A DNA stretch of 64,000 bases from Podarcis vaucheri (Eukaryota). Position numbers and translations under genes: made by a program. Within the stretch, counting starts at the first letter, position 1. Every line of letters starts with the position of its first letter. The notes below the pieces were generated by a model. It had not been told where the DNA came from and did not search any database. It saw only the letters and a program-made list of their open reading frames with translations. The stretch lies in assembly GCA_965113315.1 (NCBI GenBank), contig OZ220367.1; one strand, 5' to 3'. Below are positions 1-11,569 of this stretch, one piece after another.

Positions 1-1254
1 AAGGAATCCTGATAAGATAGAATCCTATCCTCCATCTGGATCTGCTAACCTTCAGTGTACCTTTTCAGTCTACCACTTGAATATGTGCCAAGTTTTATAT
101 AGAACTTACTAGTGTGGATTTTCTTTCAATGCCTTAAAATTGCCAGCAGAATTTGCTTTCTGCAGAAGCTGAAGATTGTGTGTTATTGTGATGTGTTTGC
201 ATTAATGCATCCTGCCACAAGGTTTGAGCACACAAAACCATCATGTCCTATCAGTTTCACTGCAATAGTTTCCTGAACTAAGAGAAACTGTTTTGCTCAC
301 ATTCTTTCCTCCTCTTCTGTAAGGCACAAATAAATAAAGATGACATGTCTTGAGGCAGCCTGTTTGTCCTTGGTGATATTCTGACTTCAAACTTTTCTGG
401 GTTATAATCTCTTTCCAAATCAATTACCGTACATTCAGGCAAATCAGTGTTTGATGTTTGGGCAATGTCTAGAGCTGGGTGGCCCGACTTTTCATACCAA
501 GTGGGTTGCAAGAGGACTTCAACACGGAACCCACAGGCTGCGCACTGCCTTGTGGGGAGGGGAGTGTGAATATTTGACACACACTCCCTCAGCCCTTGGG
601 CTGCCTTCCCAGTTAAGCTAGTGAAGCATTTGGCTTTGGAAGGAGGTGTGAGGCTCTGGCAGAGCCCTAGAGCCCTCCCCACCTCCTTCCCAAAGCTGGG
701 AAAGCGCTAACTTGGCTTTAGGAAGGCGGCACAAGGACTCAAGGACCCCAAAGCTCAGCACCTGGCTTACCAGCTTTGGGAAGGTAGACAAGGGCTGTGG
801 GGGGAGCATCAAATGTTGTGGAGGGCCACCAATAAGCATGGTTCATTCTCATTATTCCTACAGCTTTGGTCAGTTTTTAACATCCCTTCCCAGTAAGATC
901 TTCTTAAACTGGACCGTTATTGCCCAACAAGAAAGGAAAGACTGGCTCTAGTAAGTGCTGGGTTGCTCACTGCAAATGTCTCGCAACTACCATGAATTTG
1001 GGTACCACAGAGCAAATGCATCTCATCAGCTAATACAATCTTCAGTGGATGACATTGATTCTGACACAATGACGGAACAGCCCAAAGGAATAGATATGAT
1101 GCAACATTTACCCTAGCAAGGACCTTGCGCTTCTCTAAGCAACTCCTGTCTGAAAGCATAGTTTAATTTCCCTGCCTTTCTTTATCCCACACCTGAGAAC
1201 TTCTTCATAGAACAATCGGAACAAGCTGGTCCAACGCCTTGCCCAATAAATAAC

Positions 1255-1885
1255 TACCTTATGAGGAAATGTTACAACATTTGGAGCTTTTCAGTTTAGA
1301 AAAACAAAACCTAGTAAAGAGAATATATGATGGAGGTCTATACTATTATGCAGGTGTGGGAAAGGATAAGAACAGGCATGGCCAAACTTGGCCCTCCAGC
1401 TGTTTTGGGACTACAATTCCCATAATCCCTGACCTCTGGTTCTGTTAGCTAGGGATGATGGGAGTTGTACTCCCAAAATAGCTGGAGGGCCAAGTTTGGC
1501 CATGCCTGGATAAGGGGTCCCCCCCCCCACATCATGCTAAAACCTGGTGTCATCTAAAGAAGGTGAGTGTTGGAAGATTCAGGACATACAAAAGAAAGTG
1601 CTCCTTCACACAGCACATACCGTAGTTAAAATGATGGCATTCATTCCCGCAAGCTGTTGTAATAGAATCCACTTTTCATGGAGGATTTGGCTATTAGCCA
1701 GGATGACTGTGTACTGTCTCTCAAGAATTGGGGGCACCAGGCCTCTGAATACCAGTTGCTGGGAGAGGGCTGTTCTGTTCATGTCCTCCTTGCGTACTTC
1801 CTGTAGGCATCTGGTTGGTCACATTGAGAGCAGGATGCTGCACTTGATAGGACTTTGGTCTGATCCAGCTGGATTGTTCTTAATT
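1255..1885 (+). mobile_element. CR1 LINE 3' fragment interrupted by a MITE
   Basis: CR1-like ORF2 end (ccttatgaggaa..cttttcagtttagaaaa) and 3' UTR ending ggtctgatccagc..gttctta; recognised by eye. Confidence 0.6.
1373..1508. mobile_element. Palindromic hAT-type MITE
   Basis: Long TIRs caggcatggccaaacttggccctccag / ctggagggccaagtttggccatgcctg; 8-bp TSD gataagaa/gataaggg. Confidence 0.85.
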
Positions 1886-1954
1886 AGCTGGTCACCTCAA
1901 CCAAGCTGTGTCCGCAGCTTCAGGGAAATCTTTTTTTTAAAATAAATGATATTT

Positions 1955-2300
1955 ATTGAAAAAATAATTTTTTTAAATTGCAAAAAATAGAAAAGACAAA
2001 ATTACAAAGAAAAAAGACAAAAACAGAAAAAGAAAAAGAAAAAATGAAACCATCATTTTCAAATCCTCCAATTTCATTACCTTTTTTCCATGACCTCCTC
2101 CTCCTCCCATCTCTTGTATCTTGATTAATAATTATCACAGCAAATCCTTTCCATAATTCATAATATTCTGTCCTTATATTACCTTACTCTATTTTCATCT
2201 TATCTTATAAAAAACCTTAAAACTTAAATCTTATTTTTACCAGCTTCTCATAACCATAACCTTTTTACCTAATTCTCTAAGCATTTTAATTCTTTAAGCA
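1955..2300 (-). mobile_element. Probable LINE (L1-like) 3' tail
   Basis: Strongly skewed A-rich/T-rich tract ending in minus-strand AATAAA plus A-run. Confidence 0.3.
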
Positions 2301-3529
2301 TTTATCTCCAGTCAGGTTGGTACCCTGCACATTTTGATTCATAAAATTTTCTGGGAACGCTAGACACTTACTTTTATTTATTTTTTTAATGAAAGCTCAG
2401 GCTCTGGGGTCCTTTGCTGACATGAGCCCTGGTGAAATTGCTTCAGTTGCACCATGGATAATTTAGCCTTGTCTGTAACTCTGTGTGCATCTTTAATGGC
2501 AAGTATAATAATAAATTCCAAAGTCTATATCAGAGCAACACTTTTATTAAGGTGATCAAAGTGGCATGTAAGCTTTGAAGTCTCCCAGAACCTGCATGCT
2601 ATTTCATGACATTTGGGTTGGCTTAATATGATCTTTGGAATTTTCCTTATGAGCAAACATGGCGACATTTACTCTGTGTGTGTATCAAAAATAAATGCTC
2701 ACTATGTATACAGCAAGGATCCAATTTGATTGGTGCATGCCTGCTGATGACAGTCTAGCTGTGCCGCGGCAAAGAGGTTGAGAAAGTGGCATGGCTTACC
2801 ATTGTGCAAGCAATGCTTTGTAAGAGTGTTCTTGTTTTGGAACAAAGAGGGGTAGTTTAAGCCCTTAAGAAAGGGTACTGAAGCCATTAACAAGAGCTTT
2901 CTTTATAAAGTCACGATCTGCTGTAAAAAACTACATACTTACACTTCCTTTCCTATGGAAACCAAGAAAAGTAATCACAAAGCAAATACGATAGGGTCAT
3001 TGTCATCTCCCCGAAGCTATTCAAGATGAGACCCACTAATTAATGGGAAATTCATCAAGCTGAACAATGAGTCATTTCATGCGTTCAAGCAACATGTGAA
3101 GTACTGAGCATTTCTGGAAGTCGTAGAGCTGCAATCAAAAACTGTTTTAAGTGAGTTTGGAACTGCCTATGTTATATGGTGAAAAATGAAGCTTGGAGAA
3201 GCATCATATTCTTGGTGCTGGGTTTGAAGGAGCTGGTATCTGTAGTGAGTCTGTCTTGGGACAGACACTGCCTTTATTACTATGTTCTTAGAATCTACTG
3301 ATTCTAAGAACTACAGCTGTCAGGCAGGCACTATGATACACAGCAATTATAAGATGCAATAATACATGGTTATAATACATAGGAACATTTGAAGGAAACC
3401 TGAGTTTAATATCTGAATACATATCTTCTTTTTATGATAAAAGATGATTTCCTCCTTTCTTAACTTGTACACTTCAATATTAGTTTGGACTTGTAATTCC
3501 TTTCTTTCCATTTCTCAATTCTTCATCTT

Positions 3530-3556
3530 GATTGATGATTGATTGATTGATTGATT
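3530..3556. repeat. (GATT)n microsatellite
   Basis: gattgatgattgattgattgattgatt. Confidence 0.8.
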
Positions 3557-4702
3557 AATTTTTCTCTGCTCTCTTTCCCTGTATACGATATAGTCTAAAG
3601 AAATCAGTTCGATGCAGTTACTATGAAAGTGTAATAGAAGGCAATAACACTTCAGAGGACAACAGGGATCAGAAGAAGAGTGAGGCAGTCTTCACAAACT
3701 CACTAGAATCAATGGCAATATAAAGGAAGAGATCCTGATAGCAAGAAAGACATAGCTAATTTCCCAACCCCCATAGATATGCAAAATAATTAGCTTATTA
3801 CCCAAATGACACAAATTTATAACGGTTTGATCAATCGTATTCTGAAAGATTGGGCCTGTGTTTTGCAAAAGGCAGCACTTGTTGAACAGTGGTGGTTAGG
3901 TAATTTTAGACTCTGTCCTTAATGGGCTTTTACTTCAACATGTGGTAAGCCAGCCCTCTTGTTCATTTTGCCAAGTGGGGTCCTGGACGTCTGCCCAGAG
4001 TCCTGGCACCACTGTTGTCTGGCTAGCAGATGCTGAAAAGTCTTCTGACTTAATCTTTCCTAGCATGGGTCAAGGCTGTATCAGAGGCACGCTGCCACAA
4101 GCAAGGATGTTAATATTCATTTTCCTAGAATGTAAAAGCTTAGTTGGGTGCTAAGAGATTTATTTACTTGGTAACTACAGTTTACTTTGAGGCTTCAGCC
4201 ACAGATTCTGCGGAACAAAGTGTTCCTTTTGGGAGCAACACTCTAGAAAGGGACACATTCCTAGTACAGCGGTTTGTACTTCCCTTAAAGCCTTTATTTT
4301 TGTTGGCCAAGGCTCCCATTATTTTCAGGAGCTTGAGCTAATGGTTAACAAAAACTGCACACATTGGGTTGTGCTCTCATTGGGCACAAAGTCTCAAGGC
4401 AAGTTACTTTTTCCTGTGTGTGAATGCTTCTTAACACTTTTGCTCAAATAAATCAAGAATTGACAATGCTTGGCTTCAAGGTTACACAGAATAGCCACAC
4501 ATCCCAACCCCAAGAAGACCCTGTACACATTGTAGAGTAAATCTGGTACAGTTCACTTGCAAAGTATTTCTGGAAATTGCATATGCATACATAGACAAAA
4601 GAGCTTTAAGATTACAGTCTAGGGTAATTATAGGTAGGGCATTCTCACACCACCTCATAATTTTCCTGGGCCGAGAAATCAAGTGACATTGAAGAGCCAA
4701 TA

Positions 4703-4928
4703 CAGTGGTACCTCAGGTTACATACGCTTCAGGTTACAGACTCTGCTAACACAGAAATATTACCTTGGGTTAAGAACTTTGCTTCAGGATGAGAACAGAA
4801 ATTGTGCTTCGGCGGCGCGGCAGCAGCAGGAGGCCCCATTAGCTAAAGTGGTGCTTCAGGTTCAGAACAGTTTCAGGTTAAGAACGGACCTCCAAAACGA
4901 ATTAAGTACTTAACCTGAGGTACCACTG
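4703..4928. mobile_element. Tc1/mariner (pogo/Tigger-like) MITE
   Basis: TIRs cagtggtacctcaggtta / taacctgaggtaccactg with TA target duplication. Confidence 0.88.
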
Positions 4929-5809
4929 TATAAAAAGACTCTCACATCTGCAGCCTCCCCTTAACATGGACAGTTTATTGCTGAACAAAAACATGTGATC
5001 CTGCCTCTCTGCCACCAGACAACCAGCCTTAAAACAGTCTGACACAGGGTATGCTCAGCTGTCCTCAAGCCTAGGGGCCTCGTGCATTACAATTTAGTCT
5101 TGAAAAAAATGTGAAAGAGAACTTTGGTTTCTTGACCATATGAATGAAGTTTCATTCTACAATAAAAGAGTAGGAATCCAGGTGTTACCAATTTATTTAT
5201 TTTAAAATATTTTTAGCCTACCCTTCATTACAAAGCAACCCCAGGTCAGGATATAACAGTTAATTAAAACCACAATTGAAAACATAGATCATAAAACAGG
5301 AAGAACTACTATATCAGTGATAAACAAACCCAAAACTTAGCAGGGGCTATTAACATGCTACAAAGGCTCTTACATCTGCCATAATGATTATACCACTGTA
5401 TGGTATACTCACATTGGAGGTAGCAGTATCAAATAGATAGAAACAGTTGGAAAGCACTAGAAAAAATCATTGCATTGTTGATTTGGGTGGGGGGATTGTT
5501 TCACTATTTATTTTCCAGAAATAAATAAATACTGGTGTAAAGCTTTAGCAGCACTGGTACTTACAAAGGTGTACCCAGGGTCCCTTGTGTCTCTGGCAAG
5601 GAGCTCTATCAGTGCCCCCACTCACCCCCCCCAAAAAAAAATCACTTTACCACAATAGCCACATTAGAAATTATGACATTTTATGGGACCCAATTACTTG
5701 AAGCATCCAGAACGAAGGCGAGGCAGAAGGATGAAAACAAATGCACTGGTTACCCATTTGTTTCCAGGTTCATGTTAAAGCCCAGAGCAGCTGTTTCTAG
5801 GTTCAATTT

Positions 5810-6280
5810 AAGGCCCTTTTGGAGAAGCCATGTTGATTCTCTCTCAGCAAGGCAGGTTCTTCTATGTTGCATAATAATAGCTCTAATATATTTAAGGCAA
5901 TGGCCTTTCCTCTTAAACCCTTTTACAAATCAATGTTTCATTAGTTACCTTCCTGTCAGCTGAAGTTTAAACAAATTTAATATTTTTGTTAGAAAATATT
6001 CAATTGGACCCAGTGATTTGTAGCTAGTTCTACAACTTCAGTTTTCGTCACTTCTATTTAGCTTTGTTTTTCTGATACCCTCCTTGGGGTCAGTGGGGGA
6101 ATCAGATATAGCACCTGCCCACCATCTTCCACCCTGAAGTTCAAAGCAAATAACAGAATTACTTTCTCTACCTTTCTTTAGTAATCCTGTCTTACTGTAT
6201 CTTTGCTATGTAATGATTCAAATATCACCCTGGCTATTTTCCTGTCTCTAATGTACTTCAGTGTTCTGTTCATTGTTTTG
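5810..6280 (-). mobile_element. Degraded CR1 ORF2 fragment
   Basis: Stop-riddled translation with IEEPALLRENQHGFSK and IEVTKTEVVEL, resembling CR1 RT N-terminal motifs. Confidence 0.5.
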
Positions 6281-6774
6281 AGTGGGATTCAACTAACATG
6301 TCACACTAATGGAGGCCCCCACAAGTGGCTAGCTAGCAAAACAGGGCTTTTCTGCCTCTTCCACTGCCCCTCCAGCTGGCTCAGGGGGAGTGTTGGGAGA
6401 AACCCCAGAAAAACATGCAGGGGAAAGATAGGGGGTATTGTTCTGTCTGGCAAACTGAAATGTTTGTGCTGACAGAACTATTGCCATAGTGCTTTGTTGA
6501 ATTCCTTCTTTTAGCAATATGCGCCTCAAATTCTTTTTCACTTGCCTGCTAGTTTTGCTTTTCCAGCATGTTTATTATACTTCCTCTTTTTTTTTAGTTT
6601 TGAAAGGCTTCTACTTTTTAACACTTTACATATTTCATCCCATAACACATTAGACAAAAATATTTACAAAAATAATTTTTTGTTCCATTCTGTTGCTTAT
6701 AGAAATACTGAACACAAACTGGATATTTTGAATATAAAGCAGGTAGATATTTATGAATATCCCTACATCAAAAA

Positions 6775-6780
6775 TTTATT
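6775..6780 (-). terminator. Candidate PCGF6 polyadenylation signal
   Basis: AATAAA on minus strand followed by U/GU-rich TTTTTGATGT; alternative AATAAA at 7511-7516. Confidence 0.35.
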
Positions 6781-8515
6781 GTAACAAAATTGAATTCATA
6801 AAGGCATTTTCAAAAGCAAAACCCTTCAACACACATTTGGTCTAAAAACTAGCTTTTCAGGTCACCATAAATGCACATCTAAGCCTCTTTAAGACTATGG
6901 AGTAGCAGTTCCACAATAGGACAGAATCTTTAAGTGCACAGGCAATGAATTAAGAATTTGCAAAAGAAAATCTGACACCTTCTATAGAGGCACGGGAGTT
7001 GCATCAGTAATGTGTCTTCCATCTATCCCTCCAATTGCATAAACTTTGTTTGCTGCCTATGTGATAATGGATTAAGCCATTGATCTTCAACTGGTGGTTT
7101 GGGAACCACTATCACAGGGGTGGGGAACTTGTGGCCCTCCAGATGTTGCTGGATTACAATTCCCACCATCCGTCTCCACTGGCCACACGGGCTGGGGCTG
7201 ATGGGGGTTGGAGTCCAAGGTCATCTAAAGGGCCACGGATTTCTCACACTTGCACCATTATATCACAGCCTGGTCTAAGGGAGGTAACAATAGCAGCACT
7301 TCTAGATAAAATTTTGGTTAAAAACTATGAAATGGATCCCCAGGTGCATGTCTGGGTTAATGGTGGATTCTGCGTCTGCAAAAGTTGAAGACTAAGCATT
7401 GTATAGCAAGGTTTAATGAAATCTTTGTAATAAGACCACTGCTGTGGCTATGTTACAGGAAATGTTAAAAACGAACTCCTTCATTGTGTTGTTGTTTAAC
7501 CAGAGCTTTTTTTATTGTTCACAGGGTAGTACTACTACTGGCTGGGAAACACAGGGCGTTGTCTCAAGCTCATATGCATGGAAGGGGACAGACATAGTCA
7601 TTTTCTACAAAAGTGGCAAAACAAAAGCTGGGGGAGGGAGTAGAATATAGTGGAACATCTGCAAGAAGGGGAGCTATGACAGAGGCTGCAAGGGACAAAG
7701 GCAAACATGGTAGTGACTGCAAACCAGAAGAAGAAGTGGGCTTAAAGGAAAGTAGCAGGGGATAGAGAAAGGTTACTGCTGTTCTTCTGATAGATTTTCA
7801 TAGAACAAAGTCTGGTTATTGTCTTCAGTAGGAATATAATCAGTTGCATGATGCCTTCCAAAGGGACCTCAAAGGCAGCCCTGTGCAATCTACTGTCACA
7901 TCCACGCTGTGTGAGTAGCATTGGTATTCTGGTGTCTAGTTAACATGCACACAATTTATCTCCAATTTTAACTAATTTATAGGATATTGCATATTTTAAT
8001 GCTATTACTCACATAAACCATGAGATACAATGCTTGCGGTTTTTTGAAAGGTGATTATCTCTCTCCCCCCCCCCTATTTTAGGCACACAACTGAAAGGTT
8101 TCCCTTTCCTATTTCTAAACCAAGACCATTAGTGTACAATAAACGTCTCTGAGAAGAACACATCTTTTCCAATAAAACACTGCACATTGGAGATAATCCC
8201 TGAGAACACCAGTGAAACTGTCTTTCAGATAAATACTGGTTTCAAGCTTAAGTCCTGGGAGTCAGCTGGGAGTGCTGCCAATACACAAACCGCATTTAAG
8301 ACAAATCCAGTCATCTTGACACATTTGCTCTTCCCCGAACTAGCTAGGTGTTAATGACATAATAGCACTGCAGTATTTATAGCTGTACTTACTGTACAGC
8401 ATTCCTTTTTCAGATTCTAACTTACTATGCAGAGTGAAAACTGTGCATTAATGTTCATCATGCACTTCCCAGAATGAGGATCATTTGTTTCTTCAAAGCT
8501 CCTCCATGTTGGATT

Positions 8516-8584
8516 TTAACAAATCCTTGAAAGTGTGGGATCTCTGCTAAGAATCAGCCCATAGTGAAGTACAAGTAAGCCATC
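8516..8584 (-). CDS. PCGF6: PCGF6 exon 10 (last coding exon)
   Basis: DGLLVLHYGLILSRDPTLSRIC*; TTTCTAG acceptor, TAA stop. Confidence 0.93.
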   Translation of the reverse strand, partial: DGLLVLHYGLILSRDPTLSRIC

Positions 8585-10452
8585 CTAGAAAGTAGGAAAG
8601 AAAAATCACACTTGTAAACAAGTCAAAATGAATGCAAAAACAAAGCCTTGCCACACCTAAGTTTCTTTATGCCACCTAATGAAAATTTGCTCTTGATTGT
8701 GAATAATAAAATGCAGGATCTCCCAGTGTGCTATTACTGAACAGAGGATCAAGGGAGTCAACAGCTGAGTATGAAGGCCACTTGTAATTTCTTTGTGAGT
8801 ACAGTCTCATTTAGAGGTGGTTTGAAAACAACTGAACAAGTCATTCAGTTGTTTGCCTGTGTCCGAATACTGTAATATCCCTTTTAAAGAGAGGCTAACA
8901 GTCAGAATGCACAACCCATTGTTGAATTGTTCCACATCATATTGCAGCCACTTTGTCTTTTGACTCAGCTTCTCCATCAAGCCACAGTTATTGCAGAGAC
9001 TCCTTAGGATCCAATCCTCCCTCCAGTAAGTTTGAGGGCCGATTTGCACTTTACAAGGCAGTGTTTCCTGCAGTAAAACCAGTGTTTAGCTTTGCAAAAA
9101 TGCCAAGTGTTAATGGCAGATGCATCATCCTGAACACCTATGTATGTATTGGAGAAACCTGACCATCTGCAGATTCCCGCTGTATGCACAGTACATTACA
9201 TGCTTTTTTTTGAAGACGACAAACACACTATGAATCATTCTTAATAAGCAAGCTTCAGCTTTCAATCCCAGGACAAAGTGTTATAGAAGGCAATTTCCCT
9301 GAAACAAACTGCTGGAGTAAATGAAAAAGCAGGCACTGCTTTCGGGTTATATATAGGGTTGGTCCATACTTATTGGCAAGTCTGTACAAAAGCCATAAGG
9401 AGTCAACTGGCAACCTCCATTTGACTACATAATTGGTGTGAACTGAGCCATTGAAATAAGCCAAATCACAACAGTTTTATATGCAGCCCTAGCATGGAAG
9501 TTTGGATATACAGAAATGGTGCCTTATGATAGGTTTAGCTTTGCCATAAGTCTGCCACAATTTCCTGACAGGCTACTATTAGGTGTGAAAGGCAATGCAG
9601 CGATTGTGACTTCTTCTGACATATACTGTGTTCAAATGTTGGAAATGTGCTGGCTAGAAAAGATCTACAACATCACACAAAACATCACCTATGAGCAAAA
9701 TAAAAATAAAAAATGTACTGCTGTATGACACCTTTCTCTGCTGATTACACTTCATTCTGACACCTTGTCTAGAATGCGAAGTTAGCACTTATGCAGTGAG
9801 AAATGAACAATTCAACCTGTAAAACAGGTTATTTTAATTCAGTAATTCAGCAAGCTATCCTCAGATTTGATTAAAAGAGCCACCAGATTATAAACTGTAT
9901 CTTATTTTTTATTTTCAATTGTCCTTACATTGTACGATTTTAAAAAGTGGTAAGAATTCTACATTACTGCTGTGATCAAGCAAAGACAATATGTGTGTAG
10001 AAAGAGGCTTCTACAATGACTGCTGTTCTAGATGTGACCAGAGTATGCAAAATAATCCTGCCCTACAATGGGCAGCGGTTGCACCCAGCACCTGCTATCA
10101 CTATGTGCACAATACTCTTGAATGCTAAAGTACAAGATCAGCATTGTCAGTTCTGATTCCAGATGCACACTCTACCCACCACTGTCCTAACAAATGATTA
10201 GTGCATACAAAGCAGACAGAGCCAACCACCTGTTCAGCAGGGCTGATCTGTGAATGCAGAAGCACATGCTTAGCCTGCAGTATGCAAGGATGCCTAGACC
10301 AGAGCACATTCACCAAGGATAACAGAGTTGGTGAATTTTCCTTTTCCTCAACCTACTAGGATAGCCATGATATACCCTTTTGTGTCTTTAGACAGGGAGA
10401 GACTGCTTTTATTAAAAACAACAACGCTCTAAACCATAACAGCCTGAAATTT

Positions 10453-10591
10453 AGATTCAGGTAGGTAGCCGTGTTGGTCTGATGCAGTCAAAATATATTA
10501 AAAAATTAAAAAATTGTCCAGTAGCACCTTAGAGACCAACTAAGTTTGTTCTGGGTATAAGCTTTCGTGTGCATGCACACTTCTTCAGATA
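10453..10591 (-). mobile_element. Penelope-like element terminal fragment
   Basis: Flanked by cctgaaattt direct repeats (10443-10452, 10592-10601); carries a hammerhead core; near-identical to the copy at 13318. Confidence 0.75.
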
Positions 10592-10592
10592 C
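10555..10592 (-). ncRNA. Minimal type I hammerhead ribozyme motif
   Basis: GUAU-CUGAAGA-A-GUGUG-CAUG-CACAC-GAAA-GCUU-AUAC. Confidence 0.75.
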
Positions 10593-11482
10593 CTGAAATT
10601 TGTTTATTTTTTAAAAATTAATATGCTGGTAGAAGCCATTTAAACACTACATGAAGACTCAGCTAGACTTAAGAAGCAGTCCTATACTTAAGTTCTGTTG
10701 GCTAAGATGCTATAGGATTTGGCTGAAGGCTTGCTATCCTGGCCAGCTTCTAAATATGCCAGCAGCACAACAGAATGCTGTCAGAACAGATAAAATGGGG
10801 TGGAGTCATGGGCAAGGCAGCATGGTACAGAGGAGGAGCACACTTGTGCTGTATCCTATAGCCCTTCAATCCTGGTTGACAGTGGCAGACCTGGCATAAG
10901 ATTTCCCTCTGTGACCACTCTGCCCACATCATAAGAGCATTAGATGCACTTGGCCTCAAACACACTTGGGAATCTGAACACATTGCTAATGCTTCTTATC
11001 TCAGAATCCTAATATGTATCTCACCTCGGTACCCCGGACACATACAGTACATCCAGCCCCATTCCACTTTAACAGCTACACCTCACACAGGTAAGCAAGA
11101 GGAGGAGAAACACATGCTATGATGTTTAACTGGTGCACCTGACACCTGTCTCTCTTCACCCCTTTTTGCTATACTTGAATACTCTTGTCCTGCCTCAACA
11201 GTGCTGCTGAAACATTCCTCCCCACAACAGTGCGGAGCAGTGTCTTCCACACAAAAGGGAGGTGCTCATCCATACACACAGGCAAACTTTCTGTTGGTAA
11301 AAGCCAGATGCTCCACTTCAGCCATTGCCACTGCTGGACTCATGCACACTTTTGCCTTAAAGGTTCACAGCTCAGAAGCTTTCCTGGCAAATGCAGTCCT
11401 TGGCTATATCCCCAAGGGGTGTATGGGAGGCTGAGGCAGGAGCACCAGAGGCAATTCCCTTGCAGCTGTGGCATCAACTTAC

Positions 11483-11569
11483 CTGCACTGCACTCTCCCC
11501 TAGAGCTCGCTGGATTTCCCTCAAAGTCTGATAGTGTTCCAGCAGGTGATCACCACATATTATGTCTAC
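11483..11569 (-). CDS. PCGF6: PCGF6 exon 9 (RAWUL domain)
   Basis: [29 protein letters not shown]; TAG/GTAAGT. Confidence 0.95.

Noticed and set aside
2702-2955. Protein-like minus-strand frames with splice-like ends
   Set aside because: Stops in all frames and no convincing in-phase join to the 971-1149 candidate
1-8500. INA (alpha-internexin), the usual syntenic neighbour
   Set aside because: No intermediate-filament rod or tail sequence found; it presumably lies outside the window
8807-9189. Short ORFs in PCGF6 intron 9
   Set aside because: No recognisable family or consistent splice signals
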